A DNA stretch of 64,000 nt from NCBI GenBank assembly GCA_964016885.1, contig CAXHJY010000096.1, forward strand, positions 620,001-684,000. The letters are read 5' to 3'. The translations under genes were made by a program, and so were the position numbers. This stretch comes from Eledone cirrhosa (Eukaryota). Below the pieces are notes generated by a model. The model made no database searches, was not told where the DNA came from, and worked only from the letters and a program-made list of their open reading frames with translations. Below are positions 26,601-41,500 of this stretch, in pieces (within the stretch, counting starts at the first letter, position 1; the number at the start of each line of letters is the position of its first letter).

Positions 26601-29600
26601 AGGGGGAGATAATTTGTAAAAAAATCAGGGGGAGATAATTTGTAAAAAAAAAATCAGGGGGAGATAATTTGTAAAAAAAATCAGGGGGAGATAATTTGTA
26701 AAAAAAAATCAGGGGTAGATAATTTGTAAACAAAAATCAGGGGGAGATAATTTGTAAAAAAAAATCAGGGGGAGATAATTTGTAAAAAAAATGAAAGGGG
26801 AGATAATATCCAGCCGTCCAAGGGGAGATAATTTCCAGCCGTCCAAGGGGATATAATTTCCAGCCGTCCAAGGGGAGATAATTTCCATCCTTCCAAGGGG
26901 ATATAATTTCCAGCCGTCCAAGGGGAGATAATTTCCCGCCAGCCAAGGGAAGATAATTTTTAAAAAAATCAGGCGGAGATTGTAAAAAAAATCAGGGGGG
27001 AGATAATTTGTAAAAAAATCAGGGGGAGATAATTTGTAAAAAATAATCAGGGGGAGATAATTTGTAAAAAAATTCAAGGGGAGATAATTTCCAGCCGTCC
27101 AAGGGGAGATAATTTCCCGCCAGCCAAGGGAAGATAATATTTAAAAAAATTAGGCGGAGATAATTTGTAAAAAAAATCAGGGGGAGATAATTTGTAAAAA
27201 AATCAGGGGGAGATAATTTGTAAAAAAAATCAGGGGGAGATAATTTGTAAAAAAAATCATGGGGAGATAATTTGTAAAAAAAAATCAGGGGTAGATAATT
27301 TGTAAAAAAAAATCAGGGGGAGATAATTTGTAAAAAAAAATCAGGGGGAGATAATTTGTAAAAAAAATCAAGGGGAGATAATATCCAGCCGTCCAAGGAG
27401 AGATAATTTAAAAAAAAAATGAGGCGGAGATAATTTGTAAAAAAAAAATCAGGGGGAGTTAATTTGTAAAAAAAAATGAGGGGGAGATAATTTGTAAAAA
27501 AAATCAAGGGGAGATAATTTCCAGCCGTCCAAGGGGAGATAATTTTCAGCCGTCCAAGGAGAGGTAATTTCTAGCCGTCCAAGGGGAGATAATTTCCAGC
27601 CGTCCAAGGGGAGGTAATTTCCAGCCGTCCAAGGGGAGATAATTTTTAAAAAAAAATCAGGCGGAGATAATTTGTAAAAAAAATCAAGGGGAGATAATTT
27701 GCAGCCGTCCAAGGGGAGATAATTTTCAGTCGTCCAAGGAGAGGTAATTTCTAGCCGTCCAAGGGGAGATAATTTCCAGCCGTCCAAGGGGAGATAATTT
27801 CCAGCCGTCCAAGGGGAGATAATTTTTTTTAAAAAATCAGGCGGAGATAATTTGTAAAAAAAATCAGGGGGAGATAATTTGTAAACAAAATCAGGGGGAG
27901 ATAATTTGTAAAAAAAAATCAGGGGGAGATAATTTGTAAAAAAAATTAGGCGTAGATAATTTGTAAAAAAAAATCAGGGGGAGATAATTTGTAAAAAAAA
28001 ATCAGGGGGAGATAATTTGTTTAAAAAATCAAGGGGAGATAATTTGCAGCCGTCCAAGGGGAGATAATTTTCAGCCGTCCAAGGAGAGGTAATTTCTAGC
28101 CGTTCAAGGGGAGATAATTTCCAGCCGTCCAAGGGGAGATAATTTCCAGCCGTCCAAGGGGAGATAATTTTTTTTAAAAAATCAGGCGGAGATAATTTGT
28201 AAAAAAAAATCAGGGGGAGATAATTCGTAAAAAAAAATCAGGGGGAGTTAATTTGTAAAAAAAAATCAGGGGGAGATAATTTGTAAAAAAAATCAAGGGG
28301 AGATAATTTCCAGCCGTCCAAGGGGAGGTAATATCTAGCCGTCCAAGGGGAGATAATTTCCAGCCGTCCAAGGGGAGATAATTTCCAGCCGTCCAAGGGG
28401 AGATAATTTCCAGCCGTCCAAGGAGACATATTTTCCAGCCGTCCAAGGCGAGGTAATTTCTAGCCGTCCAAGGGGAGATTAATTCCAGCCTCCAAGGGGA
28501 GATAATTTCCAGCCAGCCAAGGGGAGATAATTTGTAAAAAAATCAGGGGGAGATAATTTGTAAAAAATATCAGGGAGATAATTTGTAAAAAAAAATCAGG
28601 GGGAGATAATTTGTAAAAAAAATCAGGGGGAGATAATTTGTAAAAAAAAATCAGGGGGAGATAATTTGTAAAAAAAATCAAGGGGAGATAATTTCCAGCC
28701 GTCCAAGGGGAGATAATTTTCAGCCGTCCAAGGAGAGGTAATTTCTAACCGTCCGAGGAGAGATAATTTCCAGCCGTCCAAGGGGAGATAATTTCCAGCC
28801 GTCCAAGGAGACATATTTTCCAGCCGTCCAAGGAGAGGTAATTTCTAGCCGTCCAAGGGGAGATAAATTCCAGCCTCCAAGGGGAGATAATTTCCAGCCA
28901 GCCAAGGGGAGATAATTTGTAAAAAAATCAGGGGGAGATAATTTGCAAAAAAAATCAGGGGGAGATAATTTGTAAAAAAAATCAGGGGGAGATAATTTGT
29001 AAAAAATAATCAGGGGGAGATAATTTCCAGCCGTCCAAGGGAAGATAATTTCCAGCCCTCCAAGGGGCTATAATTTCCAGTGTCCAAGGGGAGATAATTT
29101 CCAGCCAGAGAAGGGGAGATAATTTTTTTTAAAAAATCATTGGGAGATTTGTAAAAAAAATCAGGGGGAGATAATTTGCAAAAAAAATCAGGGGGAGATA
29201 ATTTGTAAAAAAAAATCAGGGGTAGATAATTTGTAAAAAAAAATCAGGGGGAGATAATTTGTAAAAAAAAATCAGGGGGAGATAATTTGTAAAAAAAATC
29301 AAGGGGAGATAATTTCCAGCCGTCCAAGGAGAGATAATTTTAAAAAAAATCAGGCGGAGATAATTTGTAAAAAAAAATCAGGGGGAGATAATTTGTAAAA
29401 AAAATCAGGGGGAGATAATTTGTAAAAAAAAATCAGGGGTAGATAATTTGTAAAAAAAAATCAGGGGGAGATAATTTGTAAAAAAAAATCAGGGGGAGAT
29501 AATTTGTAAAAAAAATCAAGGGGAGATAATTTCCAGCCGTCCAAGGAGAGATAATTTTAAAAAAAATCAGGCGGAGATAATTTGTAAAAAAAAATTAGGG

Positions 29601-30899
29601 GGAGATAATTTGTAAAAAAAAATCAGGGGGAGATAATTTGTAAAAAAAATCAAGGGGAGATAATTTCCAGCCGTCCAAGGGGAGATAATTTTCAGCCGTC
29701 CAAGGGGAGATAATTTCCCGCCAGCCAAGGGAAGATAATATTCAAAAAAATCAGGCGGAGATAATTTGTAAAAAAAATCAGGGGGAGATAATTTGTAAAA
29801 AAATCAGGGGGAGATAATTTGTAAAAAAAAAAATCAGGGGGAGATAATTTGTAAAAAAAATCAGGGGGAGATAATTTGTAAAAAAAAATCAGGGGTAGAT
29901 AATTTGTAAAAAAAAATCAGGGGGAGATAATTTGTAAAAAAAAATCAGGGGCAGATAATTTGTAAAAAAAATGAAAGGGGAGATAATATCCAGCCGTCCA
30001 AGGGGAGATAATTTCCAGCCGTCCAAGGGGAGATAATTTCCAGCCGTCCAAGGGGAGAAAATTTCCATCCTTCCAAGGGGATATAATTTCCAGCCGGCCA
30101 AGGGGAGATAATTTCCATCCTTCCAAGGGGATATAATTTCCAGCCGTCCAAGGGGAGATAATTTTCAGCCGTCCAAGGAGAGGTAATTTCTAGCCGTCCA
30201 AGGAGAGATAATTTCCAGCCGTCCAAGGGGAGATAATTTCCAGCCGTCCAAGGGGAGATAATTTCCAGCCGTCCAAGGAGACATATTTTCCAGCCGTCCA
30301 AGGAGAGGTAATTCCTAGCCGTCCAAGGGGAGATAAATTCCAGCCTCCAAGGGGAGATAATTTCCAGCCAGCCAAGGGGAGATAATTTGTAAAAAAAATC
30401 AGGGGGAGATAATTTCTAAAAAAAATCAGGGGGAGATAATTTGTAAAAAAAAATCAGGGGGAGATAATTTGTAAAAAATAATCAGGGGGAGATAATTTGT
30501 AAAAAAAATCAAGGGGAGATAATTTCCAGCCGTCCAAGGGGAGATAATTTTCAGCCGTCCAAGGGGAGATAATTTCCCACCAGCCAAGGGAAGATAATAT
30601 TTAAAAAAATTATGCGGAGATAATTTGTAAAAAAAATCAGGGGGAGATAATTTGTAAAAAAATCAGGGGGAGATAATTTGTAAAAAAAATCAGGGGGAGA
30701 TAATTTGTAAAAAAAATCAGGGGGAGATAATTTGTAAAAAAAAATCAGGGGTAGATAATTTGTAAAAAAAATCAGGGGGAGATAATTTGTAAAAAAAAAT
30801 CAGGGGGAGATAATTTGTAAAAAAAATCAAGGGGAGATAATTTCCAGCCGTCCAAGGAGAGATAATTTAAAAAAAAATCAGGCGGAGATAATTTGTAAA

Positions 30900-32560
30900 A
30901 AAAAATCAGGGGGAGATAATTTGTAAAAAAAAATCAGGGGGAGATAATTTGTAAAAAAAATCAAGGGGAGATAATTTCCAGCCGTCCAAGGGGAGATAAT
31001 TTTCAGCCGTCCAAGGGGAGATAATTTCCCGCCAGCCAAGGGAAGATAATATTCAAAAAAATCAGGCGGAGATAATTTGTAAAAAAAATCAGGGGGAGAT
31101 AATTTGTAAAAAAATCAGGGGGAGATAATTTGTAAAAAAAAAAATCAGGGGGAGATAATTTGTAAAAAAAATCAGGGGGAGATAATTTGTAAAAAAAAAT
31201 CAGGGGTAGATAATTTGTAAAAAAAAATCAGGGGGAGATAATTTGTAAAAAAAAATCAGGGGGAGATAATTTGTAAAAAAAATGAAAGGGGAGATAATAT
31301 CCAGCCGTCCAAGGGGAGATAATTTCCAGCCGTCCAAGGAGAGATAATTTCCAGCCGTCCAAGGGGAGATAATTTCCATCCTTCCAAGGGGATATAATTT
31401 CCAGCCGTCCAAGGGGAGATAATTTCCATCCTTCCAAGGGGATATAATTTCCAGCCGTCCAAGGGGAGATAATTTTCAGCCGTCCAAGGAGAGGTAATTT
31501 CTAGCCGTCCAAGGAGAGATAATTTCCAGCCGTCCAAGGGGAGATAATTTCCAGCCGTCCAAGGGGAGATAATTTCCAGCCGTCCAAGGAGACATATTTT
31601 CCAGCCGTCCAAGGAGAGGTAATTCCTAGCCGTCCAAGGGGAGATAAATTCCAGCCTCCAAGGGGAGATAATTTCCAGCCAGCCAAGGGGAGATAATTTG
31701 TAAAAAAAATCAGGGGGAGATAATTTGTAAAAAAAATCAGGGGGAGATAATTTGTAAAAAAAAATCAGGGGGAGATAATTTGTAAAAAAAATCAAGGGGA
31801 GATAATTTCCAGCCGTCCAAGGGGAGATAATTTTCAGCCGTCCAAGGGGAGATAATTTCCCGCCAGCCAAGGGAAGATAATATTCAAAAAAATCAGGCGG
31901 AGATAATTTGTAAAAAAAATCAGGGGGAGATAATTTGTAAAAAAATCAGGGGGAGATAATTTGTAAAAAAAAAAATCAGGGGGAGATAATTTGTAAAAAA
32001 AATCAGGGGGAGATAATTTGTAAAAAAAAATCAGGGGTAGATAATTTGTAAAAAAAAATCAGGGGGAGATAATTTGTAAAAAAAAATCAGGGGGAGATAA
32101 TTTGTAAAAAAAATGAAAGGGGAGATAATATCCAGCCGTCCAAGGGGAGATAATTTCCAGCCGTCCAAGGGGAGATAATTTCCAGCCGTCCAAGGGGAGA
32201 TAATTTCCATCCTTCCAAGGGGATATAATTTCCAGCCGTCCAAGGGGAGATAATTTCCATCCTTCCAAGGGGATATAATTTCCAGCCGTCCAAGGGGAGA
32301 TAATTTTCAGCCGTCCAAGGAGAGGTAATTTCTAGCCGTCCAAGGAGAGATAATTTCCAGCCGTCCAAGGGGAGATAATTTCCAGCCGTCCAAGGGGAGA
32401 TAATTTCCAGCCGTCCAAGGAGACATATTTTCCAGCCGTCCAAGGAGAGGTAATTCCTAGCCGTCCAAGGGGAGATAAATTCCAGCCTCCAAGGGGAGAT
32501 AATTTCCAGCCAGCCAAGGGGAGATAATTTGTAAAAAAAATCAGGGGGAGATAATTTGTA
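30900..32560 (+). repeat. 831-bp tandem duplication (two copies)
   Basis: TCAAGGGG junctions at 30961 and 31792. Pseudo-ORFs 31200/32031 and 31501/32332 differ by 831. Confidence 0.9.
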
Positions 32561-35500
32561 AAAAAATCAGGGGGAGATAATTTGTAAAAAAAATCAGGGG
32601 GAGATAATTTGTAAAAAAAATCAGGGGGAGATAATTTGTAAAAAAAAATCAGGGGTAGATAATTTGTAAAAAAAAATCAGGGGGAGATAATTTGTAAAAA
32701 AATCAAGGGGAGATAATTTCCAGCCGTCCAAGGGAAGATAATTTCCAGCCCTCCAAGGGGCTATAATTTCCAGCGTCCAAGGGGAGATAATTTCCAGCCA
32801 GCGAAGGGGAGATAATTTTTTTAAAAAAATCATTGGGAGATTTGTAAAAAAAATCAGGGGGAGATAATTTGTAAAAAAAATCAAGGGGAGATAATTTCCA
32901 GCCGTCCAAGGGGAGGTAATATCTAGCCGTCCAAGGGTAGATAATTTCCAGCCGTCCAACGGGAGATAATTTCCAGCCGTCCAAGGGTAGATAATATCCA
33001 GCCGCCCAAGGACATATTTTCCAGCCGTCCAAGGAGAGGTAATTTCTAGCCGTCCAAGGGGAGATAATTTCCAGCCGTCCAAGGGTAGATAATATCCAGC
33101 CGTCCAAGGACATATTTTCCAGCCGTCCAAGGAGAGGTAATTTCTAGCCGTCCAAGGGGAGATAAATTCCAGCCTCCAAGGGGAGATAATTTCCAGCCAG
33201 CCAAGGGGAGATAATTTGTAAAAAAATCAGGGGGAGATAATTTGTAAAAAAAATCAGGGGGAGATAATTTGTAAAAAAAAATCAGGGGGAGATAATTTGT
33301 AAAAAAAAATCAGGGGGAGATAATTTGTTTAAAAAATCAAGGGGAGATAATTTGCAGCCGTCCAAGGGGAGATAATTTTCAGCCGTCCAAGGAGAGGTAA
33401 TTTCTAGCCGTTCAAGGGGAGATAATTTCCAGCCGTCCAAGGGGAGATAATTTCCAGCCGTCCAAGGGGAGATAATTTTTTTTTAAAAATCAGGCGGAGA
33501 TAATTTGTAAAAAAAAATCAGGGGGAGATAATTCGTAAAAAAAAATCAGGGGGAGATAATTTGTAAAAAAAAATCAGGGGGAGATAATTTGTAAAAAAAA
33601 TCAAGGGGAGATAATTTCCAGCCGTCCAAGGGGAGGTAATATCTAGCCGTCCAAGGGGAGATAATTTCCAGCCGTCCAAGGGGAGATAATTTCCAGCCGT
33701 CCAAGGGGAGATAATTTCCAGCCGTCCAAGGAGACATATTTTCCAGCCGTCCAAGGCGAGGTAATTTCTAGCCGTCCAAGGGGAGATAAATTCCAGCCTC
33801 CAAGGGGAGATAATTTCCAGCCAGCCAAGGGGAGATAATTTGTAAAAAAATCAGGGGGAGATAATTTGTAAAAAATATCAGGGAGATAATTTGTAAAAAA
33901 AAATCAGGGGGAGATAATTTGTAAAAAAAATCAGGGGGAGATAATTTGTAAAAAAAAATCAGGGGGAGATAATTTGTAAAAAAAATCAAGGGGAGATAAT
34001 TTCCAGCCGTCCAAGGGGAGATAATTTTCAGCCGTCCAAAGAGAGGTAATTTCTAACCGTCCGAGGAGAGATAATTTCCAGCCGTCCAAGGGGAGATAAT
34101 TTCCAGCCGTCCAAGGGGAGATAATTTCCAGCCGTCCAAGGAGACATATTTTCCAGCCGTCCAAGGAGAGGTAATTTCTAGCCGTCCAAGGGGAGATAAA
34201 TTCCAGCCTCCAAGGGGAGATAATTTCCAGCCAGCCAAATGGAGATAATTTGTAAAAAAATCAGGGGGAGATAATTTGCAAAAAAAATCAGGGGGAGATA
34301 ATTTGTAAAAAATAATCAGGGGGAGATAATTTCCAGCCGTCCAAGGGGAGATAATTTTAAAAAAAATCAGGCGGAGATAATTTGTAAAAAAAAATCAGGG
34401 GGAGATAATTTGTAAAAAAAAATCAGGGGGAGATAATTTGTAAAAAAAATCAAGGGGAGATAATTTCCAGCCGTCCAAGGGAAGATAATTTCCAGCCCTC
34501 CAAGGGGCTATAATTTCCAGTGTCCAAGGGGAGATAATTTCCAGCCAGCGAAGGGGAGATAATTTTTTTTAAAAAATCATTGGGAGATTTGTAAAAAAAA
34601 TCAGGGGGAGATAATTTGTAAAAAAAATCAAGGGGAGATAATTTCCAGCCGTCCAAGGGGAGGTAATATCTAGCCGTCCAAGGGGAGATAATTTCCAGCC
34701 GTCCAAGGGGAGATAATTTCCAGCCGTCCCAGGGTAGATAATATCCAGCCGCCCAAGGACATATTTTCCAGCCGTCCAAGGAGAGGTAATTTCTAGCCGT
34801 CCAAGGGGAGATAAATTCCAGCCTCCAAGGGGAGATAATTTCCAGCCAGCCAAGGGGAGATAATTTGTAAAAAAATCAGGGGGAGATAATTTGTAAAAAA
34901 AATCAGGGGGAGATAATTTGTAAAAAAAAATCAGGGGGAGATAATTTGTAAAAAAAAATCAGGGGGAGATAATTTGCAAAAAAAATCAGGGGGAGATAAT
35001 TTGTAAAAAAAAATCAGGGGTAGATAATTTGTAAAAAAAAATCAGGGGGAGATAATTTGTAAAAAAAAAATCAGGGGGAGATAATTTGTAAAAAAAATCA
35101 AGGGGAGATAATTTCCAGCCGTCCAAGGAGAGATAATTTTAAAAAAAATCAGGCGGAGATAATTTGTAAAAAAAAATCAGGGGGAGATAATTTGTAAAAA
35201 AAATCAGGGGGAGATAATTTGTAAAAAAAAATCAGGGGTAGATAATTTGTAAAAAAAAATCAGGGGGAGATAATTTGTAAAAAAAAATCAGGGGGAGATA
35301 ATTTGTAAAAAAAATCAAGGGGAGATAATTTCCAGCCGTCCAAGGAGAGATAATTTTAAAAAAAATCAGGCGGAGATAATTTGTAAAAAAAAATTAGGGG
35401 GAGATAATTTGTAAAAAAAAATCAGGGGGAGATAATTTGTAAAAAAAATCAAGGGGAGATAATTTCCAGCCGTCCAAGGGGAGATAATTTTCAGCCGTCC

Positions 35501-38500
35501 AAGGGGAGATAATTTCCCGCCAGCCAAGGGAAGATAATATTCAAAAAAATCAGGCGGAGATAATTTGTAAAAAAAATCAGGGGGAGATAATTTGTAAAAA
35601 AATCAGGGGGAGATAATTTGTAAAAAAAAAAATCAGGGGGAGATAATTTGTAAAAAAAATCAGGGGGAGATAATTTGTAAAAAAAAATCAGGGGTAGATA
35701 ATTTGTAAAAAAAAATCAGGGGGAGATAATTTGTAAAAAAAAATCAGGGGGAGATAATTTGTAAAAAAAATGAAAGGGGAGATAATATCCAGCCGTCCAA
35801 GGGGAGATAATTTCCAGCCGTCCAAGGGGAGATAATTTCCAGCCGTCCAAGGGGAGATAATTTCCATCCTTCCAAGGGGATATAATTTCCAGCCGTCCAA
35901 GGGGAGATAATTTCCATCCTTCCAAGGGGATATAATTTCCAGCCGTCCAAGGGGAGATAATTTTCAGCCGTCCAAGGATAGGTAATTTCTAGCCGTCCAA
36001 GGAGAGATAATTTCCAGCCGTCCAAGGGGAGATAATTTCCAGCCGTCCAAGGGGAGATAATTTCCAGCCGTCCAAGGAGACATATTTTCCAGCCGTCCAA
36101 GGAGAGGTAATTCCTAGCCGTCCAAGGGGAGATAAATTCCAGCCTCCAAGGGGAGATAATTTCCAGCCAGCCAAGGGGAGATAATTTGTAAAAAAAATCA
36201 GGGGGAGATAATTTGTAAAAAAAATCAGGGGGAGATAATTTGTAAAAAAAAATCAGGGGGAGATAATTTGTAAAAAATAATCAGGGGGAGATAATTTGTA
36301 AAAAAAATCAAGGGGAGATAATTTCCAGCCGTCCAAGGGGAGATAATTTTCAGCCGTCCAAGGGGAGATAATTTCCCGCCAGCCAAGGGAAGATAATATT
36401 TAAAAAAATTAGGCGGAGATAATTTGTAAAAAAAATCAGGGGGAGATAATTTGTAAAAAAATCAGGGGGAGATAATTTGTAAAAAAAATCAGGGGGAGAT
36501 AATTTGTAAAAAAAATCAGGGGGAGATAATTTGTAAAAAAAAATCAGGGGGAGATAATTTGTAAAAAAAATCAAGGGGAGATAATTTCCAGCCGTCCAAG
36601 GGGCTATAATTTCCAGCGTCCAAGGGGAGATAATTTCCAGCCAGCGAAGGGGAGATAATTTTTTTTAAAAAATCATTGGGAGATTTGTAAAAAAAATCAG
36701 GGGGAGATAATTTGTAAAAAAAATCAAGGGGAGATAATTTCCAGCCGTCCAAGGGGAGGTAATATCTAGCCGTCCAAGGGGAGATAATTTCCAGCCGTCC
36801 AAGGGGAGATAATTTCCAGCCGTCCAAGGGTAGATAATATCCAGCCGTCCAAGGACATATTTTCCAGCCGTCCAAGGAGAGGTAATTTCTAGCCGTCCAA
36901 GGGGAGATAAATTCCAGCCTCCAAGGTGAGATAATTTCCAGCCAGCCAAGGGGAGATAATTTGTAAAAAAATCAGGGGGAGATAATTTGTAAAAAAAATC
37001 AGGGGGAGATAATTTGTAAAAAAAAATCAGGGGGAGATAATTTGTAAAAAAAAATCAGGGGGAGATAATTTGTAAAAAAAAATCAGGGGGAGATAATTTG
37101 TAAAAAAATCAAGGGGAGATAATTTCCAGCCGTCCAAGGGGAGATAATTTTCAGCCGTCCAAGGGGAGATAATTTCCCGCCAGCCAAGGGAAGATAATAT
37201 TTGAAAAAATCAGGCGGAGATAATTTGTAAAAAAAATCAGGGGGAGATAATTTGTAAAAAAATCAGGGGGAGATAATTTGTAAAAAAAAAATCAGGGCGA
37301 GATAATTTGTAAAAAGAATCAGGGGGAGATAATTTGTAAAAAAAAATCAGGGGTAGATAAATTGTAAAAAAAAATCAGGGGGAGATAATTTGTAAAAAAA
37401 ATCAGGGGGAGATAATTTGTAAAAAAAATGAAAGGGGAGATAATATCCAGCCGTCCAAGGGGAGATAATTTCCAGCCGTCCAAGGGGAGATAATTTCCAG
37501 CCGTCCAAGGGGAGATAATTTCCATCCTTCCAAGGGGATATAATTTCCAGCCGTCCAAGGGGAGATAATTTCCCGCCAGCCAAGGGAAGATAATTTTTAA
37601 AAAAATCAGGCGGAGATTGTAAAAAAAATCAGGGGGGAGATAATTTGTAAAAAAATCAGGGGGAGATAATTTGTAAAAAAAAATCAGGGGGAGATAATTT
37701 GTAAAAAATATTCAGGGGGAGATAATTTGTAAAAAAAATCAAGGGGAGATAATTTCCAGCCGTCCAAGGGGAGATAATTTCCCGCCAGCCAAGGGAAGAT
37801 AATATTTAAAAAAATTAGGCGGAGATAATTTGTAAAAAAAATCAGGGGGAGATAATTTGTAAAAAAATCAGGGGGAGATAATTTGTAAAAAAAATCAGGG
37901 GGAGATAATTTGTAAAAAAATTCATGGGGAGATAATTTGTAAAAAAAAATCAGGGGTAGATAATTTGTAAAAAAAAATCAGGGGGAGATAATTTGTAAAA
38001 AAAAATCAGGGGGAGATAATTTGTAAAAAAAATCAAGGGGAGATAATTTCCAGCCGTCCAAGGGGAGATAATTTTCAGCCGTCCAAGGAGAGGTAATTTC
38101 TAGCCGTCCAAGGGGAGATAATTTCCAGCCGTCCAAGGGGAGGTAATTTCCAGCCGTCCAAGGGGAGATAATTTAAAAAAAAAAATCAGTCGGAGATAAT
38201 TTGTAAAAAAAATCAAGGGGAGATAATTTGCAGCCGTCCAAGGGGAGATAATTTTCAGTCGTCCAAGGAGAGGTAATTTCTAGCCGTCCAAGGGGAGATA
38301 ATTGCCAGCCGTCCAAGGGGAGATAATTTCCAGCCGTCCAAGGGGAGATAATTTTTTTTAAAAAATCAGGCGGAGATAATTTGTAAAAAAAATCAGGGGG
38401 AGATAATTTGTAAACAAAATCAGGGGGAGATAATTTGTAAAAAAAAATCAGGGGGAGATAATTTGTAAAAAAAATCATGGAGAGATAATTTCCAGCCGTC

Positions 38501-41500
38501 CAAGGTGAGATAATTTCCAGCCGTCCAAGGAGACATATTTTCCAGCCGTCCAAGGCGAGGTAATTTCTAGCCGTCCAAGGGGAGATAAATTCCAGCCTCC
38601 AAGGGGAGATAATTTCCAGCTAGCCAAGTGGAGATAATTTGTAAAAAAATCAGGGGGAGATAATTTGTAAAAAATATCAGGGAGATAATTTGTAAAAAAA
38701 AATCAGGGGGAGATAATTTGTAAAAAAAATCAGGGGGAGATAATTTGTAAAAAAAAATCAGGGGGAGATAATTTGTAAAAAAAATCAAGGGGAGATAATT
38801 TGTAAAAAAAAATCAGGGATAGATAATTTGTAAACAAAAATCAGGGGGAGATAATTTGTAAAAAAAAATCAGGGGGAGATAATTTGTAAAAAAAATGAAA
38901 GGGGAGATAATATCCAGCCGTCCAAGGGGAGATAATTTCCAGCCGTCCAAGGGGAGATAATTTCCCGCCAGCCAAGGGAAGATAATATTTAAAAAAATCA
39001 GGCGGAGATAATTTGTAAAAAAAATCAGGGGGAGATAATTTGTAAAAAAATCAGGGGGAGATAATTTGTAAAAAAAAAATCAGGGGGAGATAATTTGTAA
39101 AAAAAATCAGGGGGAGATAATTTGTAAAAAAAAATCAGGGATAGATAATTTGTAAACAAAAATCAGGGGGAGATAATTTGTAAAAAAAAATCAGGGGGAG
39201 ATAATTTGTAAAAAAAATGAAAGGGGAGATAATATCCAGCCGTCCAAGGGGAGATAATTTCCAGCCGTCCAAGGGGATATAATTTCCAGCCGTCCAAGGG
39301 GAGATAATTTCCATCCTTCCAAGGGGATATAATTTCCAGCCGTCCAAGGGGAGATAATTTCCCGCCAGCCAAGGGAAGATAATTTTTAAAAAAATCAGGC
39401 GGAGATTGTAAAAAAAATCAGGGGGGAGATAATTTGTAAAAAAATCAGGGGGAGATAATTTGTAAAAAATAATCAGCGGGAGATAATTTGTAAAAAAATT
39501 CAAGGGGAGATAATTTCCAGCCGTCCAAGGGGAGATAATTTCCCGCCAGCCAAGGGAAGATAATATTTAAAAAAATTAGGCGGAGATAATTTGTAAAAAA
39601 AATCAGGGGGAGATAATTTGTAAAAAAATCAGGGGGAGATAATTTGTAAAAAAAATCAGGGGGAGATAATTTGTAAAAAAAATCATGGGGAGATAATTTG
39701 TAAAAAAAAATCAGGGGTAGATAATTTGTAAAAAAAAATCAGGGGGAGATAATTTGTAAAAAAAAATCAGGGGGAGATAATTTGTAAAAAAAATCAAGGG
39801 GAGATAATATCCAGCCGTCCAAGGAGAGATAATTTAAAAAAAAAATGAGGCGGGGATAATTTGTAAAAAAAAAATCAGGGGGAGTTAATTTGTAAAAACA
39901 AATGAGGGGGAGATAATTTGTAAAAAAAATCAAGGGGAGATAATTTCCAGCCGTCCAAGGGGAGATAATTTTCAGCCGTCCAAGGAGAGGTAATTTCTAG
40001 CCGTCCAAGGGGAGATAATTTCCAGCCGTCCAAGGGGAGGTAATTTCCAGCCGTCCAAGGGGAGATAATTTTTTAAAAAAAATCAGGCGGAGATAATTTG
40101 TAAAAAAAATCAAGGGGAGATAATTTGCAGCCGTCCAAGGGGAGATAATTTTCAGTCGTCCAAGGAGAGGTAATTTCTAGCCGTCCAAGGGGAGATAATT
40201 TCCAGCCGTCCAAGGGGAGATAATTTCCAGCCGTCCAAGGGGAGATAATTTTTTTTAAAAAATCAGGCGGAGATAATTTGTAAAAAAAATCAGGGGGAGA
40301 TAATTTGTAAACAAAATCAGGGGGAGATAATTTGTAAAAAAAAATCAGGGGGAGATAATTTGTAAAAAAAATTAGGCGTAGATAATTTGTAAAAAAAAAT
40401 CAGGGGGAGATAATTTGTAAAAAAAAATCAGGGGGAGATAATTTGTTTAAAAAATCAAGGGGAGATAATTTGCAGCCGTCCAAGGGGAGATAATTTTCAG
40501 CCGTCCAAGAAGAGGTAATTTCTAGCCGTTCAAGGGGAGATAATTTCCAGCCGTCCAAGGGGAGATAATTTTTTTTAAAAAATCAGGCGGAGATAATTTG
40601 TAAAAAAAAATCAGGGGGAGATAATTCGTAAAAAAAATCAGGGGGAGATAATTTGTAAAAAAAAATCAGGGGGAGATAATTTGTAAAAAAAATCAAGGGG
40701 AGATAATTTCCAGCCGTCCAAGGGGAGGTAATATCTAGCCGTCCAAGGGGAGATAATTTCCAGCCGTCCAAGGGGAGATAATTTCCAGCCGTCCAAGGGG
40801 AGATAATTTCCAGCCGTCCAAGGAGACATATTTTCCAGCCGTCCAAGGCGAGGTAATTTCTAGCCGTCCAAGGGGAGATTAATTCCAGCCTCCAAGGGGA
40901 GATAATTTCCAGCCAGCCAAGGGGAGATAATTTGTAAAAAAATCAGGGGGAGATAATTTGTAAAAAATATCAGGGAGATAATTTGTAAAAAAAAATCAGG
41001 GGGAGATAATTTGTAAAAAAAATCAGGGGGAGATAATTTGTAAAAAAAAATCAGGGGGAGATAATTTGTAAAAAAAATCAAGGGGAGATAATTTCCAGCC
41101 GTCCAAGGGGAGATAATTTTCAGCCGTCCAAGGAGAGGTAATTTCTAACCGTCCGAGGAGAGATAATTTCCAGCCGTCCAAGGGGAGATAATTTCCAGCC
41201 GTCCAAGGGGAGATAATTTCCAGCCGTCCAAGGAGACATATTTTCCAGCCGTCCAAGGAGAGGTAATTTCTAGCCGTCCAAGGGGAGATAAATTCCAGCC
41301 TCCAAGGGGAGATAATTTCCAGCCAGCCAAGGGGAGATAATTTGTAAAAAAATCAGGGGGAGATAATTTGCAAAAAAAATCAGGGGGAGATAATTTGTAA
41401 AAAAAATCAGGGGGAGATAATTTGTAAAAAATAATCAGGGGGAGATAATTTCCAGCCGTCCAAGGGAAGATAATTTCCAGCCCTCCAAGGGGCTATAATT

